The notes: a model not told the origin generated them from the letters alone. A stretch of 63,882 nt of DNA, filler included, from an uncultured Methanosarcinales archaeon (GCA_964434475.1; 32 parts of 32 records of this genome joined end to end with filler, not necessarily neighbours in it); one strand, 5' to 3'. Counted from the first letter of the whole stretch, positions 9,774 to 20,510 are shown. Made by a program: numbers and translations.

Positions 9774-10015
9774 TGATATCTTTCATATTGATACATGAAA
9801 ATGAAAAATGTTTCACCAAAAATTTCCGAATCTCAGGACAAAGGAGGCTTCTACGGCAATAGGCCCGAAAGGTTTTGCATATTGTTCGCAAGTGATTATA
9901 ATTAAAAAGTTAATCTCTCGGCGATGGCTGCGGTTAGAAAACACATTGATGGATAAATTTCCCGCCCAATCTTGCCGGCGGGATTATGAGAGATCTGAAG
10001 GGAGTCCTGGCGGAG

Positions 10016-10915
10016 ATGAAGATCCTACTGCTTGGAAGCACAGGAATGCTTGGAAGTGACTGCAAACAGGTCCTTGAAAGGGAACATGAAATACTCGCGC
10101 CCGACAGAAACACTTTGGATATAGTGAGCTGGGACAATGTTATCGAGACCATGCAGGCTGTATCCCCGGAAACGGTTATCAACTGTGCAGGCATGACGAG
10201 TTTTGATGAATGTGAAAACGAAGAATTGTCCGTCCGGAAAATCAATGTTGAAGGCCCAAGAAATCTGGCCCAGGGATGTGCCAGATTTGATTGCAAATTG
10301 ATACATATATCAAGTTATTGCGTGTATAACGGGTTGAAAAGCATACCCCAGCCATATTTCGAAGATGATACTGTGGATCCATTATCAGGATACGGTAGCA
10401 GTAAAGTTTACAGCGAAACAGCCGTTAGAGAAAATGCTTCCCGCTATATCATTGTACGTACAGGCTGGCTTTATGGGATTACTGGGGATAATTTTATTAC
10501 TGATCTATTATTAAAGGCTTTTCAAGGTGGAAGAAAAAAGCAAACTATTTATGTAGAAGAAGACCAGTACGGATCTCCTACGTGGACATATCGTCTTGCT
10601 TACCAGCTTCGGGAAATGCTTAGCGAACACGTACACGGGACATATCACGCAACTTCAGAAGGATACTGCAGCCTGTTAGGTTTCGCCGAAGCTGTCTTAA
10701 ATAAGCTGAACGTCAAAGCTAATCTTGAGGGGCTGAAAAGCTCTGAAATACAAAAATACATTCAAAGGCCGTGTAACGGGATTTTGGAGAATCGTCTTCT
10801 GAAAAAGCAGGGCATTAATATAATGCAGGATTGGCAGAGCGATCTGGACCTTTTTTTGGATCAATACGGAGAAGAATTGATAAGAAAAACCAAAAATATC
10901 TTGAAAAGCAATTAG
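10016..10915 (+). CDS. rfbD: dTDP-4-dehydrorhamnose reductase family protein
   Basis: MKILLLGSTGMLG, YGSSK catalytic motif, RTGWLYG and DQYGSPT. Confidence 0.85.
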   Translation: MKILLLGSTGMLGSDCKQVLEREHEILAPDRNTLDIVSWDNVIETMQAVSPETVINCAGMTSFDECENEELSVRKINVEGPRNLAQGCARFDCKLIHISSYCVYNGLKSIPQPYFEDDTVDPLSGYGSSKVYSETAVRENASRYIIVRTGWLYGITGDNFITDLLLKAFQGGRKKQTIYVEEDQYGSPTWTYRLAYQLREMLSEHVHGTYHATSEGYCSLLGFAEAVLNKLNVKANLEGLKSSEIQKYIQRPCNGILENRLLKKQGINIMQDWQSDLDLFLDQYGEELIRKTKNILKSN

Positions 10916-11592
10916 ATTTTTCTGCCAATCACAGCTCCCTCGTAGATAGCCGCCTTTGCGCTTCTGGGTTCAAGGCAGTCTCCGATGCGGTAAACGGGGA
11001 TACCCAGGCGGCTTGATCCTTCTTGTAGGCTGTTTTCGGGTCTCACTCCGGTCACTAACACCACAAGGTCGGCCTCTATGAAGTGCTCGCCTGAATCACG
11101 GTTGCGTGTCACAACCCCTTTTTCACTAATGGAGCAAACCTCGAAGCCGGTCATCAGGGTGACGCCTCGTTCCTGAAGCCTTTCGAGAATCATCTTGCGC
11201 GTCACCGCTTCAATGCGGGGGCCTATTCGCATGAGTTTTTCGACTACCGTAACCGGACAGCCGTTTTCCGATAGATACAGAGCCAATTCACAGCCGGTTG
11301 AGCCCCCTCCGATGATAACGCATGAACCACTTTTAGGAGGAGCTTGCAAAAGCACTTGGGAAAGCGGCCTCACAATAGGGCTTTTTATGCCGGGAACAGG
11401 CGGATAGTCAGGGACTGAACCTGTGGCCAGCACGAGCACGTCCGGATTCACCTCAGCCAAGGTGTTAGGTGTTACTTGCACGCCCAGATGCAAGCGGACA
11501 CCATATTTTTCCGCCTGTCTTTTTTGATATTCGATGAGGGAAAGCAGTTCGCGTTTGTAGCTTGTAACAGCCCCCAGAAGCAGTTGTCCTCC
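10912..11592 (-). CDS. NADH:flavin oxidoreductase (2,4-dienoyl-CoA reductase-like), C-terminal part
   Basis: LATGS, IIGGGSTGCE and IGDCLEPR...AIYEG motifs; 5' truncated by the contig end. Confidence 0.85.
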   Translation of the reverse strand, partial: GGQLLLGAVTSYKRELLSLIEYQKRQAEKYGVRLHLGVQVTPNTLAEVNPDVLVLATGSVPDYPPVPGIKSPIVRPLSQVLLQAPPKSGSCVIIGGGSTGCELALYLSENGCPVTVVEKLMRIGPRIEAVTRKMILERLQERGVTLMTGFEVCSISEKGVVTRNRDSGEHFIEADLVVLVTGVRPENSLQEGSSRLGIPVYRIGDCLEPRSAKAAIYEGAVIGRKI

Positions 11593-12042
11593 NNNNNNNN
11601 NNNNNNNNNNNNNNNNNNNNNNNNNNNNNNNNNNNNTTAATTAATTAANNNNNNNNNNNNNNNNNNNNNNNNNNNNNNNNNNNNNNNNNNNNATCAGCGA
11701 TTTTCTTGTTAGAGTTTATTTCAGTTAATCACCAGATATCTTTAACTTCTTAATTGCACCTGCTTTTTGTTTTGTTTGTTAATTCTGTTGAAGGGGAAGT
11801 TTATTTCATCTTAGTTGTTTGTTGTAGAGTCACATAATATAAATTTAAAAAAGGCGGCATCTATGTTAAAAGAATAAACTAATCAAGTAGGTTGCTTTTC
11901 AAAAAAAAACAATAAGAATAATGATAAAAGAGGGTTTGTATCCTTGTATGAATTTTGAATTTGTTGATAAGTTTGTTAATAAGCCGCCATATATAAATAT
12001 AGCTTATCTTGATTTTTGTCTTATCTTTAAAAGAAAAGCATT

Positions 12043-12480
12043 ATGGGTGAGACAATATTTATTAAAGGATTAAAGAAAGATTTTCCGGTTAACAGCCATG
12101 ATAAACTTGCCATGAAAATGGCTATGCTCTTTGAGGCTCATTGTACTATTGGTGTAAAAGAATCAATTAAGAAATATGGTTATACCGAGCAAAGATTTTA
12201 TCAACTTAAAAAGAAATATGAAAAAGGAGGCACAGAGGAAATAAGGGATAAAAAACGAGGTTCGGAAAAGCAACCGGTAAGAAGTGAAGAAGTGGTCAAT
12301 CAAATTATAAGGTTGCGTTATCTTGACCCCCTGGCTTCTACCGATGTGTTGACCCAAAAGTTAAACCAAATGGGATATAAAGTAAGCAAACGCAGTGTTG
12401 AGAGAACGATAACAGAATATGGGCTCCAAAAAAAACTCACGTTCAAAACCCTCAAAAGCAAAAACAAAAGAAAGAGGTAG
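12043..12480 (+). CDS. Transposase N-terminal HTH ORF (OrfA)
   Basis: Two HTH-like segments (YTEQRFYQLKKKY; KVSKRSVERTI) with an A8C run near the end. Confidence 0.75.
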   Translation: MGETIFIKGLKKDFPVNSHDKLAMKMAMLFEAHCTIGVKESIKKYGYTEQRFYQLKKKYEKGGTEEIRDKKRGSEKQPVRSEEVVNQIIRLRYLDPLASTDVLTQKLNQMGYKVSKRSVERTITEYGLQKKLTFKTLKSKNKRKR

Positions 12481-13820
12481 AGATTCACTCTACCAAACGC
12501 GAGAAAAGAAAGCCAAAAGTAAATGACCAGGATATAGAAAGATCATTCAGGGATCAGTTATCAAAAAAAGTGTGCAGCACCTTAGTAGGGTTGTGGTTTT
12601 TGACAGCCGAGCATCTGAGGTTAGGCAGTTGGGACATAATCAAAGCATATACCGGTGGCAGTGACACATCTCTGGAATCACGTATAGGTATGCAAGTAGT
12701 AAATGAGGCAGCTATATGTAAAGACCGTATTAGAAAGAAAAACTACATCACTCACCAGGGTTTTGAACTCTTGAATGGCCTGGGATTTTTAGTAACAGAT
12801 CAACAAGTTCATAAATTATTATCAACCAAGACCATTTCACAGGCCAGGTCTTTACAAGAAGAGCTTTCAATGATAAGATACAACCTGGGGCATTTTAAAA
12901 ATGATTGTATTGCTATTGATCCCCATCGTATACTTTCTACAAGCAAACGAATAATGCCTGCCAAGAAAAAACATCCTCATGAACCCTCGCGTAAAATGCT
13001 GCAAACATTTTTTGCCTTGGAATGTGCAGGGGAACAACCTATTTGTTTTGGCATGGGAAGTACCGGGGTCAATACCACCAAGGCTACCAAAGGTTTATTA
13101 AGGATGTTGGAAAAGACCAATCCCTGCGCCCTTATTCTTGGTGATAAAGAACACTTTACCAGGGAATTGACTGCTCACATAAAAAATAAAACAAAATTTG
13201 ATTTTTTGATACCAACTATAACCTCCGATCGAATCAGGAAAATTCAGCGCTCCCTGGAGTTTTCCCCTTTATGGGCCGGTTACGCTATTGCTGAAACAGA
13301 GTTTAGTTTTAAAAATGATAATAACAAACACAGGCTGATTGTCCAAAGAGAAGGCGAGATAGAATCGCAATACGTTTACAAATCTTTTTTAACTTCCTCA
13401 AACAGGTCTGCTGATCAACTCTTATGCCAGGATTACAAAAAACGATGGTCTATTGAGGACTTTTTCAATTTTGATGGAATGATGGGTTTTGACAGGGCAT
13501 CAACGCTTAATCAGAATATCCGCTATGGTAAAATGACATTGTCTTTGCTGGCTCAGGCAGCCAATTACCAATTACGTCAAAAAATGCCTGCGCCATACAA
13601 TCGATGGAATGCCTTACATCTTAATGAGGCATTGTTACAGAGAATCGATGGTGATATAAGAGTAAAAGATGATACAATCATTGTTACATGCTACGATTTT
13701 CCAGAAGAATTTAAACTTAAACAACATTACCAAAATCTACCAAATAAATTGGTTAAAGAAGGTATTGATCCAAGAATCCCCTGGATGTATAACTTCAAGC
13801 TTGATTTCCGGTTCCGTTAA
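12428..13820 (+). CDS. Transposase DDE domain (OrfB), probably reached by a -1 frameshift at 12428-12436
   Basis: The -1 frame is open from the A-run through 12570..13820. Motifs IAIDPH, LGDKEH and YKKRWSIEDFF. Confidence 0.75.
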
Positions 13821-13958
13821 TACAGTTACTAAAATCTATTTCCGTAGAAAATCGCTGANNNNNNNNNNNNNNNNNNNNNNNNNNNNNNNNNNNNNNNNNN
13901 NNTTAATTAATTAANNNNNNNNNNNNNNNNNNNNNNNNNNNNNNNNNNNNNNNNNNNN

Positions 13959-14006
13959 GCAATTAATCTAAAAAGCTAAGCTAAACAGCAATTATGCAAA
14001 GTTCTC
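13959..14006 (-). mobile_element. End A of a multicopy archaeal IS
   Basis: Reverse complement of the sequences at 18247-18297 and 57009-57058. Terminal GAGAACTTTGCATAATT. Confidence 0.8.
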
Positions 14007-14197
14007 TAAACAACTGCACATTATAGATCACAAAAAGCTAAACAAGATTTTGCAGCTTTAAATGAAAATATAATCAAAAAAAACACAAGAACAAAAAAAT
14101 GAAGAATTTGAAAAGGGATTTCATGATAAGCATTAAGATTCCAAATGAAAAATAACAGAATATAAGATTTCAAAGATTATAAAAAAATAAAAAAATT

Positions 14198-14794
14198 CTA
14201 TTCTTCAGTAAATTCTTCTTGTTTAAAATCAGGCTCATCACCTTCTTCAAGCAATCCCTTTTTAATAAGATATTGCTTTGCAAGGATATAGAACACCAAA
14301 CCTAAAGCTTTCTTTCCCTTATTATTGCAAGGCAGCACAAAATCTATATTGTTTGCTTGATTGTTTGTATCGCATAATGCAATAACAGGAATCCCTATCT
14401 TCATTGCATCACTTATCGCATTCCTATCAGGCCAAGAATCTGTTACGACTATCACTTTTGCTTCTAAGTAATCCCTTAATTGAGGATTTGTCAATATTCC
14501 AGGAGGATATCTTCCTGCAAAATATTTTACACCTGTTGCTTTACCAAAAGCCCTTACTGGTTTCCATCCGTTCTCTCTTCTGCTCACTATAAGGATATCT
14601 TTTGGTTCATACTGCGCCAGAAAGTTAGCAGCCTGTTTCAATCTTTCATCTATCTTCTGAAGATTAAGTACGCTTAATCCATCCGGTCTTGTCTTGTATA
14701 TGAATTGTGACATATACTTTGTCCTGAATTTTGTTCCTATGTGTATACCTGATTTCAAATATACATCAGTGGGTACTAACAAATTACTACTCAT
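14198..14794 (-). CDS. rpsB: Archaeal 30S ribosomal protein S2 (uS2)
   Basis: YLKSGIHIGTK, GRYPPGILTNP and PCNNKGKKALG are archaeal-type uS2 motifs. Confidence 0.96.
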   Translation of the reverse strand: MSSNLLVPTDVYLKSGIHIGTKFRTKYMSQFIYKTRPDGLSVLNLQKIDERLKQAANFLAQYEPKDILIVSRRENGWKPVRAFGKATGVKYFAGRYPPGILTNPQLRDYLEAKVIVVTDSWPDRNAISDAMKIGIPVIALCDTNNQANNIDFVLPCNNKGKKALGLVFYILAKQYLIKKGLLEEGDEPDFKQEEFTEE

Positions 14795-14913
14795 TTTATC
14801 AACCTCATCTGCGTCTTTTTATTGCCTCACGCAGCTTTACGAACATCCTTTAGCCAAGACGAACGTATTGGCAATATTGTTCAATATTCAACAATAGTTT
14901 ATAAATTTTATGG

Positions 14914-15429
14914 TTAGATAATTTCGTAAATAGGACCTTGCGGCGTTAAAGAGCTGCTTATCAGATTTATCCTTTTTACTTCAAAATCCATTTCTTCTAT
15001 ATTCGTTTCTTCTATAATTTTTTTCAACCTTGCTTTATTCCTTACAAATTTTACTCTCGCTAAAGTAATATGAGGATGGAATCTTTTATCTTTTTCAAAC
15101 ATATCTTTTAGAAAATCATCTACTTGTTTATGAAGTTGATATACCTTGCTGGAATTCTTTACTCCTGCCCATATTACCTTGATATGATCTTTGTCAGGAA
15201 AAACATCAATTTCAGATATTCGCAGTTTGAAAGGTTTAAACTTGATTGAATCTAACCTTTCCTTAATCATCCCTATCTTATCATCATCAACATCCCCTAA
15301 AAACTTCAAAGTAAGATGAAATTGTTTTGGAAACGTCAGTTTAGCATCTATTACTTTTATCTCATCTTGAACAGCCCTTAATCTGCCTGATATATATTCT
15401 GAAACCTCAAGAGCAATAAACAATCTCAT
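14914..15429 (-). CDS. thpR: RNA 2',3'-cyclic phosphodiesterase
   Basis: MRLFIAL, 2H motifs HLTLKFLG and HITLAR, and GPIY. Confidence 0.93.
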   Translation of the reverse strand: MRLFIALEVSEYISGRLRAVQDEIKVIDAKLTFPKQFHLTLKFLGDVDDDKIGMIKERLDSIKFKPFKLRISEIDVFPDKDHIKVIWAGVKNSSKVYQLHKQVDDFLKDMFEKDKRFHPHITLARVKFVRNKARLKKIIEETNIEEMDFEVKRINLISSSLTPQGPIYEII

Positions 15430-15462
15430 AAAAAAAATAAGGAAAAGAAATAATATAAAAAT

Positions 15463-15948
15463 CTATTCTTCTTTTTTCTCTTCTGATTCGTCATCGAATT
15501 CTTCAGGAAGAACGTCCTCTCTTTTCTCTTCTTGAGGCTCTTCACCAAAATCTTCTGTATCTTCTGATGCTTCTTCTGGAGATTCTTCGCCAAAAGTTTC
15601 TGTATTTTCTTGAGCTTCCTGAGGTTCTTCAGTTTCACCAAAGCTTTCTGTATCTCGAGGCTCCTCATCTCGAGGCTCTTCTGAAGCATCTTCACTAACA
15701 GAACCTTGAGCATCCCCTATAACTTCGCCAAATGCTACATTTCTGAGCACTTTGTTAACTTTGATCCTAACTTCATCGCCTGTGTTAGTATCGGACACAA
15801 ATATAACAAATCCCTTTACTTTTGCTACACCATCGCCTTTTTCACCGACTGCTTCGATTTTCACATCAATCTCGTCTCCAACATTTACTGGAGCAAATCT
15901 TGGCCTACTTGGCCCTCTTCCTAAATTTCCGTACATAAAACTTTTCAC
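15463..15948 (-). CDS. Archaeal TRAM-domain protein with a long acidic tail
   Basis: APVNVGDEIDVKIEAVGEKGDGVAKVKGFVIFV followed by an E/D-rich C-terminus. Confidence 0.88.
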   Translation of the reverse strand: MKSFMYGNLGRGPSRPRFAPVNVGDEIDVKIEAVGEKGDGVAKVKGFVIFVSDTNTGDEVRIKVNKVLRNVAFGEVIGDAQGSVSEDASEEPRDEEPRDTESFGETEEPQEAQENTETFGEESPEEASEDTEDFGEEPQEEKREDVLPEEFDDESEEKKEE

Positions 15949-16529
15949 CTATTTAACTAATTTTTCAATCTATGCACAAGGCATATAAAGGCGAAAATAA
16001 TAGCAATAGTATTTAAATTTATTGGAAAAATGATGATGGGTCCTTAAGCTGGCTTCATCATATCTTTTGTATAAATAAGGCTTNNNNNNNNNNNNNNNNN
16101 NNNNNNNNNNNNNNNNNNNNNNNNNNNTTAATTAATTAANNNNNNNNNNNNNNNNNNNNNNNNNNNNNNNNNNNNNNNNNNNNAAATATTGCAAAATTAA
16201 TAAATATAGAAATTGCAAGAATTTTCAAATCGTACAATCGTATTTCTTGATGGTCCTAATTATATGCTCGTCATGCTTAATTACAACAGCTGCACCATAA
16301 TCGCCACCAGCATATCATAAAACTTGTCCTCTTTAAAATCTCCATTGATGTATCCTTTAGGAGCATTATCTGGACATATATTACACCTGTCACCAAGAGT
16401 TCGCTTAATTAATTCATGATGCAGTTTGTTTCCTACTACCAATAAGTTAATCTGATAAATATAGTCTATAGCACATATAAACAGTACTACTTAAAATGTT
16501 AGTATTGAAATTAAAGATATTTAGTAATA

Positions 16530-16997
16530 TTATTGCAAAGACAGGTATTTCCGGATATCATTGTCCCTTTTATCCTGCTCTGTTCGTATCATGTAATAGA
16601 TTACGCTGAATGTTGAGAGTACAAAATGCTTATGATGATCACATATCTCAGACATCTCAGATATCTTATCCTTTAAAAAACAATTGCTATTTTCCAAAAT
16701 ATCCATACTTAGGTTTTTACCACAATAATTCTCTGAAATCAACCCAACAACATCCACTATAGTTTCTGGTTTTACTTGAGGAATATCCTGATTTTCTAAT
16801 ATCATAGCCAATCCAGTAAGCCAGATGCCTTCTGCCTGCACACTTTTATCATCACAATAGTTTGTCATAAAAGAGATATAATTAAATAAAGGTTTTTGCT
16901 CCATCTTTATCCTATCCCTGATTAAAGAAATATATTTATGCTTAAAATTATAATTAGTCATAACTTCATCGATTACTGTTTTAGGTACTGTCTGCAT
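16530..16997 (-). CDS. Hypothetical protein
   Basis: 155-aa ORF co-oriented directly downstream of mnmH. Confidence 0.6.
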   Translation of the reverse strand: MQTVPKTVIDEVMTNYNFKHKYISLIRDRIKMEQKPLFNYISFMTNYCDDKSVQAEGIWLTGLAMILENQDIPQVKPETIVDVVGLISENYCGKNLSMDILENSNCFLKDKISEMSEICDHHKHFVLSTFSVIYYMIRTEQDKRDNDIRKYLSLQ

Positions 16998-17021
16998 ACA
17001 ACAGATAAGTTATTTATCTTT

Positions 17022-18032
17022 TTAAAAATTATGGAAAAATGCTAAAATTTCTTTCGAAGCAGAATCAACATAATCATTATTAACAACAAGATTATATTTC
17101 ACATTATCTACAGTATAAGAATACAGCGGATCATAATAATGACTTAACATCAATTCTGTAAATTTATCATATTCTTCATCATCAATAGCTTGCTTTAATT
17201 CTTCAACAACCTTACTGCTCAGCTTTTGCCTTAATGAATCCAGAACATTATGAGTATATTCTATATCTTCTTTACCCATAGGAGTGTATTCCTTGACCAA
17301 TCTTTTTATCCTATTATTTACACTACATTCTATCTTTACATTTATTGAATTCTTTTTCATCTTGTTCCATAAAAAATCAGGCATCTGCACTTTGCCTATT
17401 TTTCTGGATTCTCCTTCCATGAATACATATTTTTCATCTTGTAATTCTGTTATTTTCACATATAATAGTGCATCAAACATCTTTTGAGTTCTAGGCTTTA
17501 ATCCTATAGGTCCCAATAAAGAGCTTCTATGCTGCGCTAATCTTTCTAAATCTATAACAGGAGATAATTTTTGCAATAACTCTGTCTTACCAGCTCCAGT
17601 CAATCCATAAAGAACTATTAGTTTAGGCTTAAAATCCATCTCTTTAAACTCTTTCAATACATAATTCCTAAATGCCTTATGCCCTCCTTCTAATCTTCTT
17701 ACATAGAATCCCAAAGAATCCAATAATCCTGCAATGCTCTTGCTTCTCATACCTCCTCTCCAGCAATAAAGTATCAATTTCTTGTTCTTTAGCTCGAAGT
17801 ATTGTTCCATCATGCTAGATAATTTGTTTCCTATGATATCCAACCCTTTTTTCATAGCAATATCTTTTCCTTCTTTTTTATACAATGTACCTACAATAGC
17901 TCTCTCATCATTATCAAACAAAGGAATATTTATAGCATCAGGAATATGCGCTTCTTCATATTCTGCAGGTGAGCGAGTATCTACAAAGATTACATCCTTT
18001 TCTTTCAAAGCTTCTTTAACAGATATTAGCAT
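17022..18032 (-). CDS. mnmH: tRNA 2-selenouridine(34) synthase
   Basis: Rhodanese DTRSPAEY...HIPDAINIPL and CWRGGMRS, P-loop GLTGAGKT, HRSSLLG, EGESRKIG and YYDPLY. Confidence 0.93.
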   Translation of the reverse strand: MLISVKEALKEKDVIFVDTRSPAEYEEAHIPDAINIPLFDNDERAIVGTLYKKEGKDIAMKKGLDIIGNKLSSMMEQYFELKNKKLILYCWRGGMRSKSIAGLLDSLGFYVRRLEGGHKAFRNYVLKEFKEMDFKPKLIVLYGLTGAGKTELLQKLSPVIDLERLAQHRSSLLGPIGLKPRTQKMFDALLYVKITELQDEKYVFMEGESRKIGKVQMPDFLWNKMKKNSINVKIECSVNNRIKRLVKEYTPMGKEDIEYTHNVLDSLRQKLSSKVVEELKQAIDDEEYDKFTELMLSHYYDPLYSYTVDNVKYNLVVNNDYVDSASKEILAFFHNF

Positions 18033-18246
18033 AATACTTAATAGAATAAGATTGATTTATAAATTTAAGTGAACGAAAAATCACAATAGGTATATATCAG
18101 CATAATTTTACTAATATTAGTAAAATGTTATTTAAAACCAAATTAAAATAGTTAAAGAATTTTTAGTAGATTACAAAATTATGATTACAGGCAGCCATAT
18201 TGCCAAAAAAAAGCCTTAATCAAAAAACAGTTTCAAATTTACTTAA

Positions 18247-18297
18247 GAGAACTTTGCATAATTGCTGTTTAGCTTAGCTTTTTAGATTAATTGCACA
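18247..18297 (+). mobile_element. End A of the multicopy archaeal IS
   Basis: Identical to the copies at 13959 and 57009; flank TTAA. Confidence 0.8.
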
Positions 18298-18513
18298 NNN
18301 NNNNNNNNNNNNNNNNNNNNNNNNNNNNNNNNNNNNNNNNNTTAATTAATTAANNNNNNNNNNNNNNNNNNNNNNNNNNNNNNNNNNNNNNNNNNNNTAT
18401 GATGAATTCGTAAAAAGTCACCATTCATTTTATATAAATTCTTGAAAAAATCAAATACAATCATTATAGTGCTCTGAACAAATTCAGTCTTTCTTTGATA
18501 AGGAATTCGACTA

Positions 18514-20310
18514 TTGTTTGTCCGCACACCTCTGCAAGTCAAGCTGTTCCCATGCGACGACAAATATAATGATCGTGAGATATCCGATCTGCAAACCAGT
18601 TGGGCAGAGATTCTCAAGACCAGGCTTTTACCCTGGCTTGGAACTCTGGAACAGGAATTTGCCAATTTTTTTCACAGCCGCATGGGACGACCGATCAAAT
18701 ATATTTCATTATTGATCGTTGTCCACATATTCAAGGAACTCTACGACTGGACAGATGAAGAGCTCCTGGAGCACGTTAAATTCGACAAGCGTTTTGAATA
18801 CGCTTTTGATCTACCCTATCATGAGCTGGTGTTAAGCCAAAAGACGCTGCACAACTTTCGTTCGTTGCTGAACAACCACAACATGGCACGGACAGTTTTT
18901 GATCGTGCCACCAAGCATATCGCAGAAATATTCAACATCGACACCTCCGAACAACGTCTGGATTCGACGCATATCGTCTCCAATATGGCTCGCCTGTCAC
19001 GGTTGGGTTTGTTTGTTCGCGTCATCGAAAATTTGTTGAACAAGCTGAAAACGATTGATCCTGGCGCTTATGAGGCGCTGCCGTCGCGTTTTTCGGATCG
19101 ATATGGTCGCCGCCGCGGCTATTTTGCCGATGCGCGCAGCAAAAAGACCAAAGCGCGTCTGGGCGACGCGGCCAACGATATGTATGATCTTTTAGATCGT
19201 TTCAAAGAGCATGACGAGTTGTCGAGTATGAAAGTATACGAACACCTGCAGCGCGTTTTTAACGAACACTGTTCTGTTCGGCAGACAATCGATCATACCG
19301 AAATATGTGTCGACGAAAAACCGGCGCCGACAGACAGCACATCGCCGATAAGCGATGCACCGTCAGCAGACGATGCACCATCAACTGAGGGCGCCTCATC
19401 GATAACTGATACATCATCAACAGATGACATATCATCAACAGAAGACACGCCGGAGCCGGTTACGGTCAAAGAGCCGAACGAGATGCCGTCCGGCACGCTG
19501 CAGAATCCGTCGGATGAAGACGTCACCTGCGGTCATAAAGGTCCGGGATATGAAGCGACCTTTGCCGAGACCTGTAACTCAAACAATCCGTTTCAGATCA
19601 TCACCGACGTCAGCATTGACACATCAAACATCAGCGACCAACACAAAACCGTGCCGACCATGGATCGTCTGCACGCCAAGGGCATGAAGCCCGACACAGC
19701 CTTTGGCGACGGCACGTTCACCAGCGGCGACAACATTGTCGAGTGTCGAGAGCGCGGCATAGATTTGCAGGGCAACCTGGTCGGTGCTGATAAAGAACCG
19801 AATCGTTTGAAACTGGCTGACTTTCATTTTGCAGAAGACGGCGTTACGATGACCGCCTGTCCGGCCGAACACCCGCCGACCAGTCAACGACTGGAGAACA
19901 CGAAAAAACCGAAAAAGAAATCGCAGCACAATTTCATTGTGCACTTTGACAAAGAAACATGTGCAACATGCAAATTCGCCGGTGACTGTCCGGTAAAACG
20001 ACAGAAGAAAACAGCCGTCATTCGATTTTCACCGGCACAACTGGCGTCATCTATTCGGCGACGAGAACAAAATACAGAAGCTTTCAAAGAACGAAACAAC
20101 ATACGCGCCGGCATTGAAGCAACGAATTCGGAAATGAAAAATTCGCAGGGTCTTGGAAGACTTAAAGTACGAGGTCAGCCTCGTGTGACACAGACCGTCA
20201 TATTCAAAGCCCTCGCCTGTAATGTCAAGCGTATGGTGAAGTATGCCCTGAAAGACCTAAAAAAGGCCGAAACAGCAAAAATTGAAGCAAATATCGCATT
20301 TTCGGCATAA
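18514..20310 (+). CDS. IS1182/IS5-like DDE transposase
   Basis: GRP...LHNFR N-terminal domain, RLDSTHI, QNPSDEDVT, FGDGTF, a Cys-rich insert and RAGIEATNSEMK. Confidence 0.85.
   Translation: MFVRTPLQVKLFPCDDKYNDREISDLQTSWAEILKTRLLPWLGTLEQEFANFFHSRMGRPIKYISLLIVVHIFKELYDWTDEELLEHVKFDKRFEYAFDLPYHELVLSQKTLHNFRSLLNNHNMARTVFDRATKHIAEIFNIDTSEQRLDSTHIVSNMARLSRLGLFVRVIENLLNKLKTIDPGAYEALPSRFSDRYGRRRGYFADARSKKTKARLGDAANDMYDLLDRFKEHDELSSMKVYEHLQRVFNEHCSVRQTIDHTEICVDEKPAPTDSTSPISDAPSADDAPSTEGASSITDTSSTDDISSTEDTPEPVTVKEPNEMPSGTLQNPSDEDVTCGHKGPGYEATFAETCNSNNPFQIITDVSIDTSNISDQHKTVPTMDRLHAKGMKPDTAFGDGTFTSGDNIVECRERGIDLQGNLVGADKEPNRLKLADFHFAEDGVTMTACPAEHPPTSQRLENTKKPKKKSQHNFIVHFDKETCATCKFAGDCPVKRQKKTAVIRFSPAQLASSIRRREQNTEAFKERNNIRAGIEATNSEMKNSQGLGRLKVRGQPRVTQTVIFKALACNVKRMVKYALKDLKKAETAKIEANIAFSA
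19321..19446 (+). repeat. Degenerate 18-bp tandem repeat (about 7 units) inside the transposase
   Basis: Units such as GCACCGTCAGCAGACGAT and ACATCATCAACAGATGAC encode (A/T)(P/S)S(T/I/A)(D/E)D-like hexapeptides. Confidence 0.75.
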
Positions 20311-20510
20311 GAAAACCTTGAAAAAGGACTGTATCTGAAAAAATCTTGATCATTTTTGTCAACTTGCAATGATTTCCGGCAATCTCGCAAAAAATTCTGC
20401 GCGGGTTGGANNNNNNNNNNNNNNNNNNNNNNNNNNNNNNNNNNNNNNNNNNNNTTAATTAATTAANNNNNNNNNNNNNNNNNNNNNNNNNNNNNNNNNN
20501 NNNNNNNNNN

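Larger units (their letters stand above)
11694..13858 (+). mobile_element. Two-ORF DDE insertion sequence, family unassigned
   Basis: A 13-bp perfect IR TCAGCGATTTTCT lies at both contig ends and encloses an HTH ORF and a DDE ORF. Confidence 0.8.

Noticed and set aside
7118..13858. CRISPR-associated transposon (cas1/cas2/array near transposases)
   Set aside because: These lie on different contigs with different composition, and no TnsABC, TniQ or effector genes are present.
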